In this document: in pieces, positions 26,091-40,386 of the stretch
Position numbering within the stretch: position 1 is the first letter of the stretch
Layout: each line of letters begins with the position of its first letter
NCBI GenBank assembly: GCA_951406725.2
Contig: OX597830.1
Coordinates: forward strand, 15,810,001 to 15,874,000
DNA: 64,000 nucleotides
Direction of reading: 5' to 3'
Origin: Octopus vulgaris
Lineage: Eukaryota
Notes under the pieces: model-generated
The model's database searches: none
The model's input: only the letters and a program-made list of their open reading frames with translations
What the model was told of the DNA's origin: nothing
Made by a program: the position numbers and the translations under genes

Positions 26091-26547
26091 ATATATGTAC
26101 TCTAAAGACTGGTCTATGCCTCAACTGAAGCGGGCTAACTTTATTGCTTTGCACATTTAAGAATCCAAGGTGACCCTGAACGCCAAGGACAAGTGCCCTC
26201 TTCAACAGTCATTCCCTGACCCCCAGGCACAAATGTATGGCGGTTTCATTTTTGCCACTCACCTTTCGAAAAACTCGCACAACATCTCTATCCTCATCTT
26301 CCTTTTCAAGCGAAACTTGTCCCCTCTATGTTCAGCCCCTTGTGGTCAGTAAAGAAATAACACACACACACACACACACATATGGCTTCTAGTTTCCGTC
26401 TACCAAATCCATTTACAAGCTTTGGTCTATCCAAGGCCATAATAGTATAATAGAAGACACTCACCCAAGATGCCACGCAGTGGAACTGAACCTGGAACTA
26501 TGTGGTTGGGAAGCAAGCTTCTCACCACAAAGCCACACTTGCGCCTA

Positions 26548-27207
26548 TACTCTTTTACTCTTTTACTTGTTTCAGTCATTTGTCTGCGGCCATGATGGAG
26601 CACCGCCTTTAATCGAGCAACTCGACCCGGGACTTATTCTTTGTAAGCCCAGTACTTATTCTATCGGTCTCTTTTGCCGAACCGCTAATTGACGGGGACA
26701 TAAACACACCAGCATCGGTTGTCAAGCAAGCTGGCAGAAACGTTAGGACGCCGGGCGAAATGCTTAGCGGTATTTCGTCTGCCGTTACGTTGTGAGTTCA
26801 AATTCCGCCGAGGTCGACTTTGCCTTTCATCCTTTCGGGGTCGATTAAATAAGTACCAGTTACGCACTGGGGTCGATGTAATCGACTTAATCCGTTTGTC
26901 TGTCCTTGTTTTTCTCCTCAGTGTTTAGCCCCTTGTGGGTAGTAAAGAAATGGGTTGTCAAGCAATGCTAGGGGGACAAACACAGACACACAAACATATA
27001 CGCACACACACACACACACACACATATACATATATATATATATACGACGGGCTTCTTTCAGTTTCCGTCTACCAAATCCACTCACAAGGCTTTGGTCGGC
27101 CCGAGGCTATAGCAGAAGACACTTGCCCAAGGTGCTACGCAGTGGGACTGAACCCGGAACCTTGTGGTTGGTAAGCAAGCTACTTACCACACAGCCACTC
27201 CTGCGCC
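26548..27207 (-). mobile_element. SINE A interrupted by a plus-strand SINE B (26730-26952)
   Basis: TSD ggttgtcaagcaa at 26717-26729 and 26953-26965. Confidence 0.9.
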
Positions 27208-27908
27208 TATATTTATGATATTTATTGTTCTTGTTGCCTGTATTATCACTAACCTAAAATATGCTTTTTCTTTCTCATTTTCCAATGGTGTATTCTTCTT
27301 CTTTTTTTTTCATTGAAGATCATAGAAACTAGATCTGTACTTTTAGTCACGTTTTAGTTTCTCAAAGCCAGAGCTATACTCCTAGACAACCGAAAGTGGT
27401 CACTATTGACAAAAATCAATTAAGTAAAAAGCAAAATGTTGTTAAAAGACGTTAAATATATTTTTATTCCCACCTTAAACAAATATATTCCTCCTCACTT
27501 TTTTTATGTTGTTGACGATTTCTAATGAAATTATTTAATATACGGGAGAAAAATCGATTCTGATATCCTGTAAAATTTAGCAGAAATAGATATCTAACTC
27601 TTGTATTTTGCAGCTGTTGTGGTTCGCATGAGTTGTCACGAAATAATTGAATGCAGGACCGACACCTCACGTCTTTACTAATGGATTGGCGAACTGATGG
27701 GGGAGTCATTACTATGTGGTTGTCTTGCTAGAAATAGCAGCCAAGTCTTCGAAGATCGCACCCTACTTTCTTCAAAACTGCAAAGACACAAAGGATAATG
27801 TAATTTTTTATGCACTGAATGAAAAAAAAGGGCGTGTTGGTTATGGTTAGAACGCCTTTTACATATTTAAGTGTGCATGATAATTTCCCAGAGAAAAAGA
27901 ATTCTTTG

Positions 27909-28325
27909 GGATCTTTTTGGTTTGAACGGCAGTTTTTAACATAATTTCTAGGTAACTAAAAAATTTTAAACTTCTTATACTCGTAGAATGTGTTTATAAA
28001 ACATCTTTTTCTCTTGGCTTTATTGAGAAAATTCAATATTTTGTAAGATATTTGTTGTTTTTTTTCTTCAATTTCTGCAATTTCAACCAATCAATGACGT
28101 CTATTGAGTTGAAAACATTCTGTACCGTATGAATATGTCCCTCGTTTAAGAAACAGATTGGGTTTATTTACATTTGTGAAGAAAAAAAGATACCCTTCCC
28201 CCCCACCCCTAACCCTGACCCTAAAACAGATTGAAATGCAATAGATCGATACTAGGGTCATAATTATGGGTGACAATTTCATATGACACCGCTAGAAAAA
28301 ACTGCCGTTCAAACCGAAAAGATCC
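27909..28325. mobile_element. MITE with GGATC-type TIRs (Merlin-like)
   Basis: Perfect 8-bp TSD attctttg at 27901-27908 and 28326-28333. Confidence 0.9.
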
Positions 28326-28339
28326 ATTCTTTGAACTAT

Positions 28340-30000
28340 AAGCACATGACCTGAAATATTATGGGAGGAAAGTTGACGATTACAATGACCCCAGTGCTCG
28401 TAATTTTATTGAGCTCGAAAGGCAAAGTCGCCCTCGGCGGAATTTGAACCCAAAACTTCAAGAGCCAGAAGGAATGCCGCAAAGCATTTTTTACACTGTG
28501 CTATCGATTCTTATTTCTTTATTGCCCACAAGGGGCTAAACATAGAGGGGACAAACAAGGACAGACAAAGGGATTAAGCTGATTATATCGACCCCAGTGC
28601 GTAACTGGTACTTATTTCATCGACCCCGAAAGGATGAAAGGCAAAGTCGACCTCGGCGGAATTTGAACTCAGAACGTAGCGGCAGACGAAATACCTATTT
28701 CTTTACTACCCACAAGGGGCTACACATAGAGAGGACAAACAAGGACAGACAAATGGATTAAGTCGATTACATCGACCCCAGTGCGTAAGTGGTACTTATT
28801 TAACCGACCCCGAAAAGATGAAAGGTGAAGTCGACCTCGGCGGAATTTGAACTCAGAATGTAACGGCAGAACAAATACCGCTAAGCATTTCGTCCGGAGT
28901 GCTAACGTTTCTGCCAGCTCGCCGCCTTCACCTGGAACTAAATGATTTTTTCTTTCTACTCTATGCACACGGTGTGTTATTTCGAGGAATGGGGCTTGTC
29001 GACTACATCGATCTCAGTGCTCAGTTGCTACTGGTATTTTCGACCCTAAAAGTATTAAAGGCTAAGTCTACCTCGGCGACATTTGAACTCAAAAAATCAA
29101 AAGCAGAAAAAATACTGCTAAGTTAGTCCGGCGGGCTAACAATTCCGCCAGCAATTTAAAACCGGAGTTAAATAATTCTTTTTACTATAGGCATACGGCC
29201 TGAAATTTGGGATGAGGAAGCCAGACTCTTACATCGACCCTAGTTCTCAGCTGGTACTTATTTTATCGAGACCGAAAGGATGAAAGGCAAAGTCGACCTC
29301 GGAATTTGAACTCTGAAGGTGAAGTCGAACGAAATGTCGCTAAGCATTTTGCTCGGCGTGCTTATCAATTCTGCCAGCTCGCCGCCTTTATGGATTTAAA
29401 TAATGGTTTCAAATATTGGCACAAGATCAGCAAGTTCTGGGAAGGAAGCAAGTCGATTACATCGACCCCAGACCTCGACTGGTGCTTATTTTATCGACCC
29501 CTCCGAAAGGAGGAAATGTAAAGTGAATCTCGGTGGAATTTGAACTCGGGACGTAAAGACGGACGAAATACCGCTAAACATTTTGCCTGGTGTGCTAACG
29601 GTTCTTTTCTACTCTAGGCACAAGGCCCGAAATTTTTGGGGAGAAGGCCAGTCGATTAGATTGACCCAGTACGCAACTGGTACTTAATTTATTGACCCCG
29701 AAAGGATGAAAGGCAAAGTCGACCGCAGCGGAATTTGAACTCAGAACGCTTAGCATTTCGCCCGGCGTGCTAATAGTTCTGCCAGCTCGCTGCCTGAAGT
29801 TAAATAATGGTTTCGAATTTTGGCACAAGGCCAGCAACTTCGGGGATACGTAGATTATATCAACTTATTTTATAGACCCCCAAAAGAATGAAAGGCAAAG
29901 TCGACCTCGGCGGAATTTGAACTCAGAACGTAACGACAGACGAAATACCACTAAGCATTTTATCCGGCGTGCAAACGATTTTCCCTGCTCGTCGCCTTAA
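28340..30000 (-). mobile_element. Cluster of ~8 co-oriented SINE B copies of different ages and tail types
   Basis: Repeated B cores separated by a recurring TGGAGTTAAATAA-like motif. Confidence 0.85.
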
Positions 30001-30395
30001 ATCTGGAGTTAAATAACAAGAGCTAATGGTTAGCTCAACTGGGTCTATTACTACGGGAGTTACATAATAAACTGGGTGCTAGTGTACTTGATATAATGAA
30101 CCAAGAAATTTTGATTAATTAAAATTACACCTTTATTAATGAGAACAATTTAATTTCCTTTATGACAAACCAGAAATTTTAATTAGTTGAAATTAATTAA
30201 ACATGGTATATTAATAAAGATTAATAAAAGGAAAGCAAAGGATTAATAAACGATGAGTGTGGTGTTTAATATAACCATGTCAACATCAGACATGTTTCTT
30301 ATCAATGGATCTCAGTGAAGTGTAGTCTAATCGAACGTTTCCTCAAGAGGGTTACCGCGGGAGGTCGTCATCAAGGATTCCAACAGAAATACTGA

Positions 30396-30430
<35 letters not shown>

Positions 30431-30678
30431 CAGATATAGGGTAAAGAATTATTAATTTAATAATTAATAAATTTTACCAAGTAGTTTCGGTATGGAGAGA
30501 GAAACATTATCGGTAGAAACTTTTACAAAAAGGCTTTTTAATATATAATTAAATATAAATAAGTGTTAAGCAACAAGTTGCTTAACGCTTAATTATATTT
30601 AAACGCACACACACACACACACGCATATATATATATATATACATACATACATACTTACATATATACATACATACATAT

Positions 30679-30759
<81 letters not shown>

Positions 30760-30821
30760 GATTTAGTATTTCTAAATTGAATTTTTTTCCTTGTAAGTTT
30801 GGATTTTATTCCCTCAAATAA

Positions 30822-30899
<78 letters not shown>

Positions 30900-32179
30900 G
30901 GCATTTTTGAGTAAATTTTGAATTTCATTCTTCATTCATAATTGTATCGCTACGTTTGGTATATTCGAAATACTGGCATTTGTTGGTAGTGAACAGATTC
31001 TATAAGAAAAAATAATCGTTTAAAAGGGAACTGCAAAGGAATTTGGTCCCAACAAGGTCTTGGTTAAGACGAACTTTCGTAAAACCTCTTTGTGACGTCC
31101 AATAGATTCCTTCACCTTCTTAATTCCTTTGACGTCTTTTTTCTTTTACTCTGTGCTGCGTAGAGCGGTTCTATTTCCCTAATTATTTTATAGGCTCCAA
31201 GCCTGGGTAGTATGATACGAAGGTTAGGTTGTTACCTATGCAGCGTGTCCACTCTTTATATCTCTTATGCATCTAGAGGAGCCCCACAGTAAATACAATT
31301 GGATACAGGCGTCGTCGTAAGAGTTACAAGAACCAGATTGTAGACAACGTCGAACTTCCCCAGGGGCTTCGACATCAGAATTTTTTCTCAGGGTTTGCTC
31401 AACCGTATTTTATAGACCCTCTGTTGCTCCAGTTTTCATATAATCACCTTATATAGAGAAATTGCTTCAGGTTTCATACAGACATATTTATGTAGCTCCA
31501 CCGTTGTCCCCGTCTCCACAGGAGCATTTTATATCGCCCCACTGCTGCAGTAGTCATATAACCATCTTTAATCTTTAATCTTTAATCTTAGACTGAGGCC
31601 ATACTGGGGCACCACCTTGGAGAAATCTAGTCAAATGGATCGACCCAAGTAGTTATATTTTAAGCCCGATACTTATTCTATCGGTCTCTTTTGCCGAACC
31701 ACAAGGTTGCAGGGACACACACACACCGATACTGGTTGCCAAGCAGTGGTGGGGACAAACTCAAACACAAAGGTACACACACACACACATACGTGGTCGG
31801 CTTTGGTCAGCTGGAGGCTATAGTAAACCTAGAACCATGTGGTTGGGAAGCAAGCTTCTTACCACCTAGTCACATCTGCGAGTATGTATGTATGTGTATA
31901 CGCGGACATCAATGTTTTGAAACTGACTTATTTTCCATTTCATTTCAGACAGATACAGCGCTAAGTTGTTGAAGCAGAAATATCGTCATAACAAATATTC
32001 TGCTCAATACCACAGATTTGCTTATCACTTGCTTGACCTTAACCGGCATGTGATTGACAATATGTGCATCCCTGATCATCAGAAGGAGTAGGTGGGGGAG
32101 CATCATAGTCATGTGTTGAGGGATTCTTTGCGGTTTGAATAAGTTTGAAGGAAATACTATTTTCCATGCTTTTTAGGGG

Positions 32180-32609
32180 TACTCTTTTACTCTTTTACTA
32201 GTTTCAGTCATTTTGACTGTGGCCATGCTGGAGCACCGCCTTTAATCGACCAAATCGACCCCAGGACTTATTCTTTGTAAGCCTAGTACTTATTCTATCG
32301 GTCTTTCTTGCCGAACCGCTAAGTTACGGGGACGTAAACACACCAGCATCGGTTGTCAAGCGATGTTGGGGGGACAAACACAGACACACAAACATATACA
32401 TATATACATATATACATATATACATATATATATACACATATACGACGAGCTTCTTTCAGTTTCCGTCTACTAAATCCACTCCCAAGGCATTGGTCGGCCC
32501 GAAGCTATAGTAGAAGACAATTGCCCAAGGTGCAACGCAGTGGGACTGAACCCGGAGCCATGTGGTTGGTAAGCAAGCTAGCTGCTTACCACACAGCCAC
32601 TCCTACGCC
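32180..32609 (-). mobile_element. SINE family A, full length
   Basis: Similar to other A copies. Confidence 0.9.
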
Positions 32610-33158
32610 TAACTTTTTATATATGCTAGGTTTAATAAATAAGTAAATAGATAAATAAGCAAATAAGTGAATAATGTTATAATCACTGCTACTCAATTAT
32701 TAAACTTGGCGAAGTGGTAAGATGGCGGGAGAGGCTGTTAGTGTTGTTCACTGGATTCATCTGCGTTTCTCTTTTTTCTCCAATTGACTCCGTCACTCAC
32801 AAGAGCTGACTACTTACGCGGTTTTTACTGCTGTTGAAGTCGTTGTTGGTGATGATGGTGTTGCTGGTGCTGTTAGTGCTGATGATGATGCTGTTGGTTT
32901 CTTTTGGCTATTGAGCGTAGGATTCTTTTTTTAATTGTACAAGGAATTATATTTCTATCTCCAACTCTATTCATAACAGCCAGCGTCCTTTCTGAGATCT
33001 ATATAAAGATTTCTCTTCTTCTTTTTTTTCCATAATAACTGCCTTTTACTTAATAATACATTTACATTTCAGATACCAGTTCTCCTTCACACGCACACAG
33101 AGGCTGCACGCACGCATGCATGCACGCATACACACAGAAATACGAACGCTGGCACACA

Positions 33159-33208
<50 letters not shown>

Positions 33209-34506
33209 AATACGCATGAATACACATGCACACACACGTACATACAGTCCGTGCGTGTGTTGTGTGATTATGTGTGTGTGTGTTTTATTAGTTCTACATC
33301 TAACAACATATCCCATACTTGGTTTAAAAGACGAATTTGAATAGAAACCTCATGCTATGTCAACTAAAGTTTGAATTAAATGATACGCATTTATGTTCAT
33401 TGCATTCTTTTAATTAAATTTAAACCAAGTTATCGATTTTATCAGAACCGCCTAATAATATCAAGACAGCCAATATAATTGGTTTCCTTCTGCCAGTCTA
33501 ACTTGGTAGTGAAAATGTTTTACTGAAAGGAAACACTCGAACGCTTTGAGAGCAAATTCTAAATACCTGGCCTCTAGTCTTCGCTCCCATTATTCAAACC
33601 AGATTTCTATTAATTTTCGAGTTTATGGCAGCCATACATATACGCAAAGGTTCCGACTATAATTTTCATTGTTTTCTTATTTCTTCAATTTCTGACATTC
33701 TACAGAAATATTTCTATCAAATTTTATCATTAAATTCCAAAAGAAAAATATATCACTAATTTTCTTTTATTGAATTATTCTGGCAACGACATCACAGCAT
33801 GGTTATAATTGGAACAAACAAACACACACACACACACACATATACAAACACACGCACGCACACACACACACGTACACATACATACGCACATACATACGTA
33901 CATACATAGACACACACACATAAACACACACATACACACACACACACATGTGTAAAATTCAATAACAGTGCGTACATATATCATGGCTACCCGCTATATG
34001 ACCTCTCCACCTGTCATTAGTATGGAATAACTATCATTATTATTATTATTATTATTATTATTTTTATTATATCTTTCGCAAATTAGTCGAACATTTTATG
34101 TTTCCCTGGCCAATGTTTATATCCTGACTGAACATAACTTTTTATTTAAGAAGCATTAATTTATTCTGTTACGCTGTTTTCTCCATCATCAACAGGCAAT
34201 TATTAACTTTTTTTTTATTTATGTTCCCCATAATGTTTGCATATTCTGGTCGATCGAACTGAATCCAAGTTGCGTAAAATCATCGATGGTCACGTGATGT
34301 AACCACTCACAGACGTAGCCAAATATGGTTCCTGACCAGTTGCTTTCTCAGAGATATTTGCAAAAGCGATTGCAGCAGTTCATAGTGTTTCTGGTTCTGT
34401 CCAAGCCAGTGGCTAATGTTGACGAACACCTGAACAGGTAATGATAACCACTGTGTAATACGAATTTTGTTTTTCTGTAAAAACTGTTATTTCCTATTTG
34501 CTTACA

Positions 34507-34679
34507 GGCATAGGAGTGGCTGTGTGGTAAGTAGCTTGCTTCCCAACCACACGGTCCCGGTTTCAGTCCCATTGTATGGTACCTTGGGCAAGTATCTTCT
34601 ACTATAGCCTCAGGCCGACCAAAGCTTTGTGAGTGGATTTGGTAGACGGAAACTGAAAGAAGCTCGTCGTATATACGTT

Positions 34680-34736
<57 letters not shown>

Positions 34737-34996
34737 GTGTGTGTGTGTGTATGTGTGCGTGTATGTATGTGTGTGTATATGTTTGTGTGTCTGTGTTTGT
34801 TCCTCCCAACATCGCTTGACAACCGATGCTGGTGTGTTTACGTCCCCGTAACTTAACGGTTCGGCAAAAGACACCGATAAAATAAGTACTAGGTTTACAA
34901 AGAATAAGTCCTGGAGTCGATTTGCTCGAGTAAAGGCAGTGCTCCAGCATGACCACAGTCAAAATGACTGAAACAAGTAAAAGAGTAAAAGAGTAA
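34507..34996 (+). mobile_element. SINE family A, full length, expanded internal (TG)n
   Basis: A/B boxes; (GTAAAAGA)n tail. Confidence 0.9.
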
Positions 34997-35989
34997 CTGA
35001 TGAGAAATTTAACTTGAGAATTCAAAGAAGCGAAACCCAATATTTGTTATGCGTTTAGCCCAGGGCACTCGTTTCTTTTCTATTTCCACATAACGGTTTT
35101 GTTTAGCCTCAGATCATCTGTGATCTCACAAACCACTTTCAAAACTATTCGACTTGCGATTCACCCATTTTTATCAGGCATAGGCACACATATATCTAGA
35201 ACTATATTATGTAATGTGCCCGTTCGAATTTTAAGACAATAAGAAGTGGTATGATGAGAGAGAAACTTGGTTATTACATTTAGCAGGTCAGTCGAGCGCG
35301 TATTTCATTCTGTCGGCGGCATTTACTCAGATCCACAAACTGGCAAGTGAGAGGATTGACTTGAGTCTTCGACTTCTGATTGAGTTGTAGAGGCGTCGTA
35401 GGGACATACGGCGCGTCTGGACATCTAAACCTGGTCGCTGAGGATTTGTCCCAGAGAGAGAGAGAGGGGGGGGAGGGGGAGAGAAAGACAGACACATAGA
35501 GACAGCGTGATTGACTGACTGACACACAGACAGACAGAGGCAGGGACAGAGAGAGTGTCAGACAGAGACAGAGACAGAGAGACTAACAGACAGATAGACA
35601 CGCACAGACAGATAGACAGCAGTCAGTCAGATAGACAGACACAGAGACAGACACAGACAGACAGAAAGACGATCTGGCAAAGCTGAAGAGTTAGGACTGT
35701 TCCCTCCCAATACGGGACAGGTACTTTATTTATAGAGCTCCAAAGGCTGAAAGACCATCGTTAACCTCGACAAGAACTTGAACCCAGGACTCAAAGAATC
35801 AGATCAACCCTTATATGTAAGAGATTATAACTGGCAGACTTATTTTTATTTTAATCTGGATAGGATGAGATTTCATAACATTAACAAGACGAAATATTAC
35901 AAGACATTTATACAGCACTCCGTTCTTTGTCCAGCCAACTGCCCTAATATAGATGGTAGGTTATAACATTAGAATGGGGTTAGTTAACA

Positions 35990-36114
35990 TGTTGTTGTTG
36001 TTGTTGTTGTTGTTGTTGCTGCTGCTGCTGTTGTTGTTGTTGTTGTTGTTGTTCTTCTTCTTCTTCTTCTTCTTCTTCTTCTTCTTCTTCTTCTTCTTCT
36101 TCTTCTTCTTCTTC
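35990..36114. repeat. (TTG)n/(CTG)n/(TTC)n trinucleotide microsatellite
   Basis: Direct reading. Confidence 0.95.
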
Positions 36115-36410
36115 CAATCAGGACTCACGCCATTAGCCAAAAAGAATAATCTCTAATTCGAGCCTACTCTAAGCTACTAAGAATGCGTTGTGACAACAAG
36201 AAGATCCACCCACACCCACCACACGCGATAGACAGGCGGTTGCACGGGCGCGAAAGCTACGTTTTTTATCCTCATTTCGTAACTGGTGGCTTTTAACGGG
36301 TGGAGATTTGAACCATCATGGGCTACAGAGGATTCGCAATCTAGATTAAGGTCTGACAGTTTACCACACCATAGTGGGTTACACCATGGTTCCTCTGCTT
36401 TATGGCAGAA

Positions 36411-36596
36411 TTAGGAAGAAAGAGTGAGAGAAAGTTGTGGTGAAAGAGTACAACGGGGTTCACACCCTCCCCGCCGGAGCCTCGTGGATCTTAGGTATTT
36501 TGCTTAATAAACACTCACAATGCCTGGTCTGGGAATCGAAACAACGTTCTTACGACCACGAGTCCGCTGCCCTAACCACTGGGCCATTGCGGCTCC
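36411..36596 (-). mobile_element. SINE family C, head/body fragment
   Basis: Reverse complement of the 18426 head. Confidence 0.75.
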
Positions 36597-37477
36597 ACTC
36601 GTTGTTGTTGTTGTTGTTGCTACTGCCGCTGCTGTCGTTGCTCTTGCCACTGCTGCTATTGCTTCTGTTTAACCCAGGGTCTGGTGGAGCAGATTTAGGG
36701 CCAAAGACATTGCAACCACGACCATACAGTCTTTCATTTATTTTTTATTTTTCAAACATATTGTATTTGAGACCACAATATCAAACGTATTTCTTTCTTC
36801 TTTTTTGTTTAAAGCAGTAGAGTATAATTTGCCCTGAATGGTACTTTATTTATCGACCCTCAGAAGGACGAATGGTAAAGATGACTTCAGTGGGATCTGT
36901 TCTCAGAGCGCAGAAATCCGAAACAAATATTGCGAATCTTTTTGTCCTAATCTATAAGGACTGTCACTTGAATCAGATACTGTTAAGTCTGCAGTGTGAT
37001 GTAACTATCACAGCTCCTTTTCAAGATGAGTTAAGTAAATTCTTAGATAATAACATTATTAGTAAATCACTGCGCTTGATATATGCTCTATACGATAAGG
37101 TGTGATATCATGTGGCAGATTCCAAGCATAAATCTCATTAAAATAAATCCACCGTATTAATTCCTAAAGCCATTTACTGAGCCTGTCTAATATCAACAGT
37201 TTGTGGAAACGAATTTGCTGAATGGATACATTATTGGACTAGCTACTCATACATTGTGAGTTCAAATCATATGTAGTTGTTATGCTGTGTGTATCTAAGC
37301 AGAACATCTCATTCTTGCTCCATATTTAACCTAAGTATAAAAAATAGTTTCCCAGATTTTTTCAGAATGTTACCAGTGATAGGTAGAATTTAAACAATGT
37401 CTTTCTTTATTGGTTTGGTCTTGAAGAAATGGTTGCATTGAAGCCCTTCACGTGCCCTCCGACAAGTGTGATCGATA

Positions 37478-37696
37478 TACTCTTTTACTCTTTTACTTGT
37501 TTCAGTCAAGTGACTGCGGCCATGCAGGAGCACCGCCTTTAGTCGAGCAAATCGACCCCGGGACTTATTCTTTATAAGCCCAGTACTTATTCTATCGGTC
37601 TCTTTTGCCGAACCGCTAAGTGACGGGGACGTAAACACACCAGCATCGGTTGTCAAGCAATGCTAGGGGGACAAACACAGACACAAACACACACAC

Positions 37697-37761
<65 letters not shown>

Positions 37762-37925
37762 TACGACAGGCTTCTTTCAGTTTCCGTCTACCAAATCACT
37801 CACAAGGCATTGGTCGACCCGGGGCTATAGCAGAAGACACTTGCCCAAGATGCCACGCAGTGGGACTGAACCCGGAACCATGTGGTTGGTTAGCAAGCTA
37901 CTTACCACACAGCCACTCCTGCGCC
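37478..37925 (-). mobile_element. SINE family A, full length
   Basis: Similar to other A copies. Confidence 0.9.
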
Positions 37926-38029
37926 TATATAGTTAACCTTCTTCTCGCACAGTTGCAAGCTGACAGCTTCAGGAAACAAAAACAAATTGCATATACAGGG
38001 GAAGGAATCTCAGAAAGCCGACGACCTCT

Positions 38030-39050
38030 TTGTTAGTCATCACTTCTGAGTCTGGTCGAGACGAATACACTTCATTGGGGATCCTTGGCTACTTAAACAG
38101 GGAAGATTGTACATGAATGGTTTGTGCTGGACCTTGAGTGTAGACACAGCGTGATGACGAGAGGAGACGTGTGAATAGGAAGTACATATATATCGGTGGC
38201 ACATGATCAGTCAGTTATGAGGAGCAGAGGCCATTGTGGTAGTGGTAGAGGAAACAGGAAGAAGAGAAAGCACTGCGTCGGTGAGTAATTTGATATCAGT
38301 GGAGGCGCAATGGCCCAGTGGTTAGAGCAGCGGACTCGCGGTCGTAGGATCGCGGTTTCGATTCCCAGACTGGGCGTTGTGAGTGTTTATTGAGCGAAAA
38401 TCCCTAAAGCTCCACGAGGCTCCGGCAGGGGATGGTGGTGATCCCTGCTGTACTCTTTCACCACAACTTTCTCTCACTCTTACTTCCTGTTTCTGTTGTA
38501 CCTGTATTTCAAAGGGCCGGCCTTGTCACTCTCTGTGTCACGCTGAATCTCCCCGAGAACTACGTTAAGGGTACACGTGTCTGTGGAGTGCTCAGCCACT
38601 TACTCGTTAATTTCACGAGCAGGCTGTTCCGTTGATCGGATCAACCGGAACCCTCGTCGTCGTAACCGACGGAGTGCTTCATAGAATTTGATATCAAGCA
38701 ATCAGATGGGCCTTTCTTAGCGAGTCAGAATATGTAACAGTAGTAACAGTAGCGTTGCAATTGAGTGAACGATACTTCATTGTGTGACTCATCTGAGCTT
38801 TGTAGAGGATTAGTATGGATGGTGGTAGGAGTATTTCTCTGGTTCTGAAGAGGAAATCCAGTTCTGAAGAGAAAATCCAGTTTTTCCTATGTTGAGGAAG
38901 TGCATTCGCCAAGGAAGGTCCTTAGCGAAGGTGAAACCTAGAATTCGCAGCAACCTGGAGGATTCATCTATTATGTTCATGCTTAGATTGGGTGTGAGTA
39001 CGAAAATGCTTACTTGATGTGTGTAAGGATTGTTTTTGTACTGATGGAGA
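38030..39050 (-). pseudogene. Decayed L2/CR1-group LINE RT C-terminal fragment, interrupted by SINE C
   Basis: LDFLFRTR..ILILYKAQMSHTMKY resembles the LGFLFR..LYKAQIRP.MEY post-RT motif. Confidence 0.55.
38299..38684 (+). mobile_element. SINE family C, full length
   Basis: TSD aatttgatatca at 38287-38298 and 38685-38696. Confidence 0.9.
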
Positions 39051-39463
39051 CAAGTCCTATTAGAAATAGCAGCGAAATATTGGCGCCGCAGACATTAAAT
39101 GTTGTTGTCTGAGATAAACTGTGTCTAAAAAAATACAGAATGGTTGTGGCTAGAAATCTTTTAATCCCAGACCTGCTCGATCAAGGCTGACCCCGGGGAT
39201 ACACAACAACATCAGCAACAAATGATTCTCAAAGTTCGCCTTTAAGTTAATGGCTTTTTTTGCAATATTTGTCAATTAGGAATCAAATTACAGAATCCAT
39301 CATGTTTACAAATATTGAAGTAAAAACATGTGAGAGTAAGTGTAAGAAAGAGCGTGTGTGTATGTGTGTATGTGTGTGTGTGTGTGTGAATTTTGTGTTG
39401 TGCTGTATTGTGTCTAACTCCCACCTGTTCTCGCCATTATGTGCTTAACATTTAAATATACAA

Positions 39464-39853
39464 TGGAAGCACTCCGTCGGTTACGACGATGAGGGTTCCG
39501 GTTGATCCGAATCAACGGAACAGCCTGCTCGTGAAATTAACGTCTAAGTGGCTGAGCACTCCACAGACACGTGTACTCTTAACGTAGTTCTCGGGGATAT
39601 TCAGCGTGACACAGAGAGTGACAAGGCCGGTCCCTTTGAAATACAGGTACGACAGAAACAGGAAGTAAGAGTGAGAGAAAGTTGTGGTGAAAGAGTACAG
39701 CAGGGATCACCACCATTCCCTCCCTGCCGGAGCCTCGTGGAGCTTTTTAGGTGTTTTCGCTCAATAAACACTCACAACGCCCGGTCTGGGAATCGAAACC
39801 GCCATCCTACGACCGCGAGTCCGCTGCCTTCACCACTGGGCCATTGCGCCTCC
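39464..39853 (-). mobile_element. SINE family C, full length
   Basis: TSD tgcttaacatt at 39442-39452 and 39854-39864. Confidence 0.9.
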
Positions 39854-40386
39854 TGCTTAACATTAAAACCAAATCTGTCCAACATTGGGATCTAGAACTA
39901 TCTGCAGTCATCGAGGCACATCACATGCCGTTGTCGTCTGCGGTATTTGTGGATATTATGGCAGATAATGAATGCTATATTAGTTTCTTCGGCAACGCTC
40001 TCAACTGAGTGAAAAAAAAAAAAAAGATTCCTTAAAATAGTCCTTTCGTTTCTGCATCTTAAAAAACTTGAATTTTTTTTATCTTATATTTATTTTCTAA
40101 AATAGAAAGATATATCAAAGAAAATATCTTTAAATGAATGTAATCATTTATAGAACCCAACTGAGAGGAGAATAAGAGAATAATCAATAAGTATACTCTT
40201 TTTAGAACGAACCCCTTCTCAGAAGTTAAATAAAGCTAATCAGAAGTAAGAATGTCCATAGAAACGATGCAATGTAAACGTAGTTCTGTTCGACGCAGTT
40301 CATGGATATATTGTGTCTAGTTAAGGTAAATAGTTAAACTCCCATCAAAAAAGACCCTTTAAAGGTATGTTTAACTGTTCTACAGA

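Noticed and set aside
30330-30382. Degenerate hammerhead-like motif on the minus strand (UUGAUGA...GAAACGUU)
   Set aside because: Stems I and II pair poorly; insufficient support.
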